DNA of 64,000 nt from assembly GCA_038087875.1 (NCBI GenBank), contig CM075990.1, positions 6,450,001 to 6,514,000 on the forward strand. The letters run 5' to 3'. Below the pieces are notes generated by a model, which made no database searches, was not told where the DNA came from, and worked only from the letters and a program-made list of their open reading frames with translations. A program made the position numbers and the translations under genes. Position 1 is the stretch's first letter, and each line of letters starts with the position of its first letter. Source of the stretch: Malacoraja senta. Taxonomy: Eukaryota. Shown in pieces: positions 60,698 to 64,000 of the stretch.

Positions 60698-62360
60698 TAA
60701 GGAATCAACCTAAAAAGGTTGATTCCTTTCTCAGTTCAGTTCAGTTTAGTTTATTGTCACGTGTACCGAGGTGCAGTGAAAATCTTTTGTCACGTGCTAA
60801 CCAGCCAGCAGAAAGACAACGCATGATTGTAACCGAGCCGTTCACAGTGCACAGATGTGGCATGAAGTATGAGTTTTGACACTGTTGGCCACAACTGCTG
60901 TTAGCCATGAGTTAGCTGTGTTCAGTAAGGTTGTTTTGTTGGTAGTGCCACTTTCATTGGTCACCTCCGTAACACCAAAGCCTCAGGCTTGCCAATGGCC
61001 TGACCATTGCATTATAATGTAAGTGGTTTGATGGGAGTCAGGGCAAAGTAAGGTTATTAGACTTGGCAATACCCCTTTCTCCTTTGCCTTTGGGTATTGT
61101 CGTGTGTAATGCCGATGTGCAATACAGACGACGGTGGAGGGGCAGTGGCTGTAACTGAGGGCCAGGGTACTTTAGATCCCCTCCAACAATCTGGAAACCT
61201 TTCAGCCTGCGGTTATTTTTAGGTATGTTTTACTTTGCTGTAAATGACAGGAAAAGCAGAGGCTCGGAGGGCAGATATTGTTTATGTGTGCCTTTAAAAA
61301 TAAATACAAGCCTCCTGCGATCTTATAAGCTGGGAAAGAAACAGTTGTAAAGTCAACTCGCAGCACACTTCAAATTGTTTAGAGCATCTCGGCAACGGCA
61401 TAGTATAGCGGGAGCCACGGGTCCAGGCTGCTAGTCTGCATCCTGTTCCAATCTTAATGAGAGGCCTGGGTTGGTACAGGGGCCAGGCAGCCAGCCGCAG
61501 TGACAGATAGACCTTGAAATGATCAAAATAAAGAGCCAAGAAGTGTTTACAAATGGTGCCAATTCTAGGGCTGCGAACAACAGGGCCTCTTGCTGAGTGT
61601 AACGGTGCTGGCAGGTTCACTGCTGTGACATGACCTGTGTAGCGTCGCTATTGTCACTGCTCCTGGCAGCCATACGCTTCCAATGTTGATCGCACATCAT
61701 GACTGTGGAACTTTGGCACAACCTGCCACCCTTGCCAAGTTGGATAGCCCGGTTGCATGTGCAGGTGGAACATCAGGACTCTGCCCTCTGCCCTGTTGCA
61801 CCGAGGCTTTTAACAACCTTCCCAAATCTTTGGAATGAACTTCTCACCTTCCGGAGGATGAGGCACAACTTTGTTCAGTGTTCACCAACTTCAGCCAACG
61901 CCAATGGGTCCCTTGGCGACAGGTGCTGGGTCCCAATAGCAATGTGGGAGCAGGAAGGTTACATGCAACTCACAGTAGATTAAATAGGTTCTGTATATTA
62001 GAGCATTAGTTTATTGGCCAAGTATTCACATACAAGGAATTCGCCTTGGTGCTCCGCCCGCAAGTGACAACATGACATAGAGTGACAGTTAGGAATGACA
62101 CATAAAACATTAAACATGAGATCCCAACTACACCCAAAGCATGGAAGTTGTAGCGTAATGAGATTATTATTGATCATTGCAATGACCATCATGGACATGA
62201 TGGGCTGAAGGGCCTGTTTCTCCATGACTACATGATTCTATTTTCCAGCATATTTCAATATTGTCCTACAATATCGAGGCTCCTGAGAAATTCCTTGTCC
62301 TCGGAATTACTTCCCACTTATATTTATGGTCTGACTTGTTTCACTCCTGCCTACCTGAAG

Positions 62361-62600
62361 GTTTAGTTTAGTTTAGTTAAGTTTGGAGACACAGCGCGGA
62401 AACAGGTCCTTCGGCCAACTGAGTCTGTGCCAACCAGCGATCCCTGCACACTAACACTATCCTACACACTAGGAACAATTTGCAATCTTTACCAAAGTCA
62501 ATTAATCTGCAAACCTGTCTGTCTTTGGAGTGTGGGAGGAAACTGGAGCACCCGGAGAAAACCCACACGGTCACGGGCAGAACTTACAAACTCCGTACAC
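62361..62600 (-). mobile_element. 5'-truncated V-SINE
   Basis: Tail and V-domain on the reverse strand. Confidence 0.85.
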
Positions 62601-62664
62601 TGCTGACCACAATGCCATCTCATATCTTCTGCCTCTGGAACCTCACCTCTTTGGTCATCTGTGA

Positions 62665-63095
62665 GCCAAGCATGAGTGGGTTAGCATACGGTGAACTGGA
62701 GTTTAGAAGGTTGAGGGGGAACCTCATTGAAACTTACAGAATAATGAAAAGCATAGATAGAGTGGATGTGGAAAAGATGTTTCCACTGGTGGGAGAGTCC
62801 AGGACCAGAGGTCATAGCCTCAGAATTAAGGGGTGCTCTTTTAGAAAGGAGGTGAGGAGGAACTTCTTTAGTCAGAGGGTAGTTAATCTGTGGAACTCAT
62901 TGCCACAGTGGGCTGTGGAGGCCAAATCAGTGGATATTTTTAAGGCAGAGATAGACAAATTCTTGATTAGAACGGGTGTCAAGGGATATGGGGAGAAGGC
63001 AGGGAAATGGGATTAGGAGGCAGAGATCAGCCAAGATTGAATGGCGGAGTAGACTTCATAGGCCTAAATCTACCCCTTTAACGTGAACTTATGAA
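62665..63095 (+). mobile_element. CR1/HER1 3' fragment
   Basis: LEFRRLRGNLIETYRIMKSIDRVDVEKMFPLVGESRTRGHSLRIKG...FFSQRVVNLWNSLPQ...GYGEKAGKWD. Confidence 0.92.
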
Positions 63096-63559
63096 CCCAG
63101 GGCTCGATATTCATTAAGGGGGAGTATAACTGGGAGCGAGACCCTGGAGGAAGCAAGGGATGAAGCTGCATGATAGTTGTAGGAACCTCTCCTAGTCTCA
63201 GGTCCTGTTCAGTGTCCAGCTGTGTTGTTGTTCTTCTTACCTTTGAATCAAAATTAAAATTTAAATCCAGCTCCTGAGACAGTGGGTGACGCAGTGGTGC
63301 TCCAGCTCCAGTGACTCAGGTTCAATCCTGACCTCTGCTGCTGCTTAGGTGGAGTTGGCACGGTTGCCCTGTGACTGTGTGGACTTCCCTGGGATGCTCC
63401 ATCTTCCTCCCACATCCCAGCACCATGCTGGTTGGCTGAGTGATCACCAGAAATTAACTCGATGGTAAGTGAGTGGCCGGTGAACCAGGATGAAGGCCTT
63501 GGCGTGTAAGAAAGGATAGGTTTACTGGGATTAAAAAGTGGTGCAAGGGGAAAGGGGAA

Positions 63560-64000
63560 TGTCTGAAGAAGTTTGGGTCTCTGCCCCAAACGTCACCCAT
63601 TCCTTCTCTCCAGAGATTCTGCCTGTCCCGCTGAGCATTCAGCCTTGAGAATGGATGTAAACTCCTGAGAGATTTAGTTACTTTCTTGTGAGAGATTCCA
63701 GCACATTGTGGAGGCAATCCTGAACTATCTCAGAGATTCTATTTCAGTTGAGATGATCAACCCAAGTTTCTTTATGATCTGAAAAAGACACAAAGTGCTG
63801 GAGCAACTCAGCGGTCAGGCAGCCCCTCTGGAGAACATGGAAAAGTGATGTTTCGGGTCAGGACCCTTCTTCGGACTGATTGTGGGGTGAGTGGGGAGAA
63901 AGTGGGGAGAGAGGTGGAGCAGGGCAACGCCTGGCAGGAGATCGCTGCATGTGAGGAGGGGAGTTTTGACAGGCAGATGGTTGGACAAAGGACAGAGATG
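63560..64000. mobile_element. Two PLE terminal repeats: (+) at 63560-63640 and (-) at 63775 to window end, with UTR
   Basis: gtctgaagaagtttgggtctctgccccaaacgtcacc; gtttcgggtcaggacccttcttcggactga followed by a purine-rich (reverse UTR) tract. Confidence 0.8.

Noticed and set aside
62480..63016. Longest ORF (178 aa)
   Set aside because: Chimeric read-through of an antisense V-SINE, a short spacer and a CR1 ORF2 C-terminus. Not a host gene.

Overview
Non-coding, repeat-dense vertebrate DNA. The repeat set points to an elasmobranch, most likely a skate or ray (inference): HE1-type V-SINEs sharing a tail with CR1/HER1 LINEs, Deu-domain SINE relics, Rex1/Babar, L2 and Neptune-type Penelope elements. 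No protein-coding host exon could be recognised. Every ORF I can interpret is a transposon fragment or chance, so this looks like a large intron or gene desert. Main contents: (1) more than 30 short Penelope-like element (PLE) derivatives carrying a minimal hammerhead-ribozyme motif (CTGAAGA-A-GGGTCTCGACCC-GAAACGTC), many inserted as fold-back units with 9-15 bp target-site duplications (TSDs); (2) about 25 V-SINE copies; (3) many CR1, Rex1 and L2 3' fragments; (4) four related PIF/Harbinger-type MITEs with TAA/TTA TSDs, one hosting a nested hAT element and one inserted into the terminal repeat of a relative; (5) an unassigned ~190 bp near-perfect hairpin; (6) a diverged ~220 bp duplication 12 kb apart; (7) several TE-free, TAAT-rich islands that are candidate conserved enhancers. 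Boundaries of decayed repeats are approximate (+/- 10-20 bp). Boundaries defined by TSDs were read base by base.
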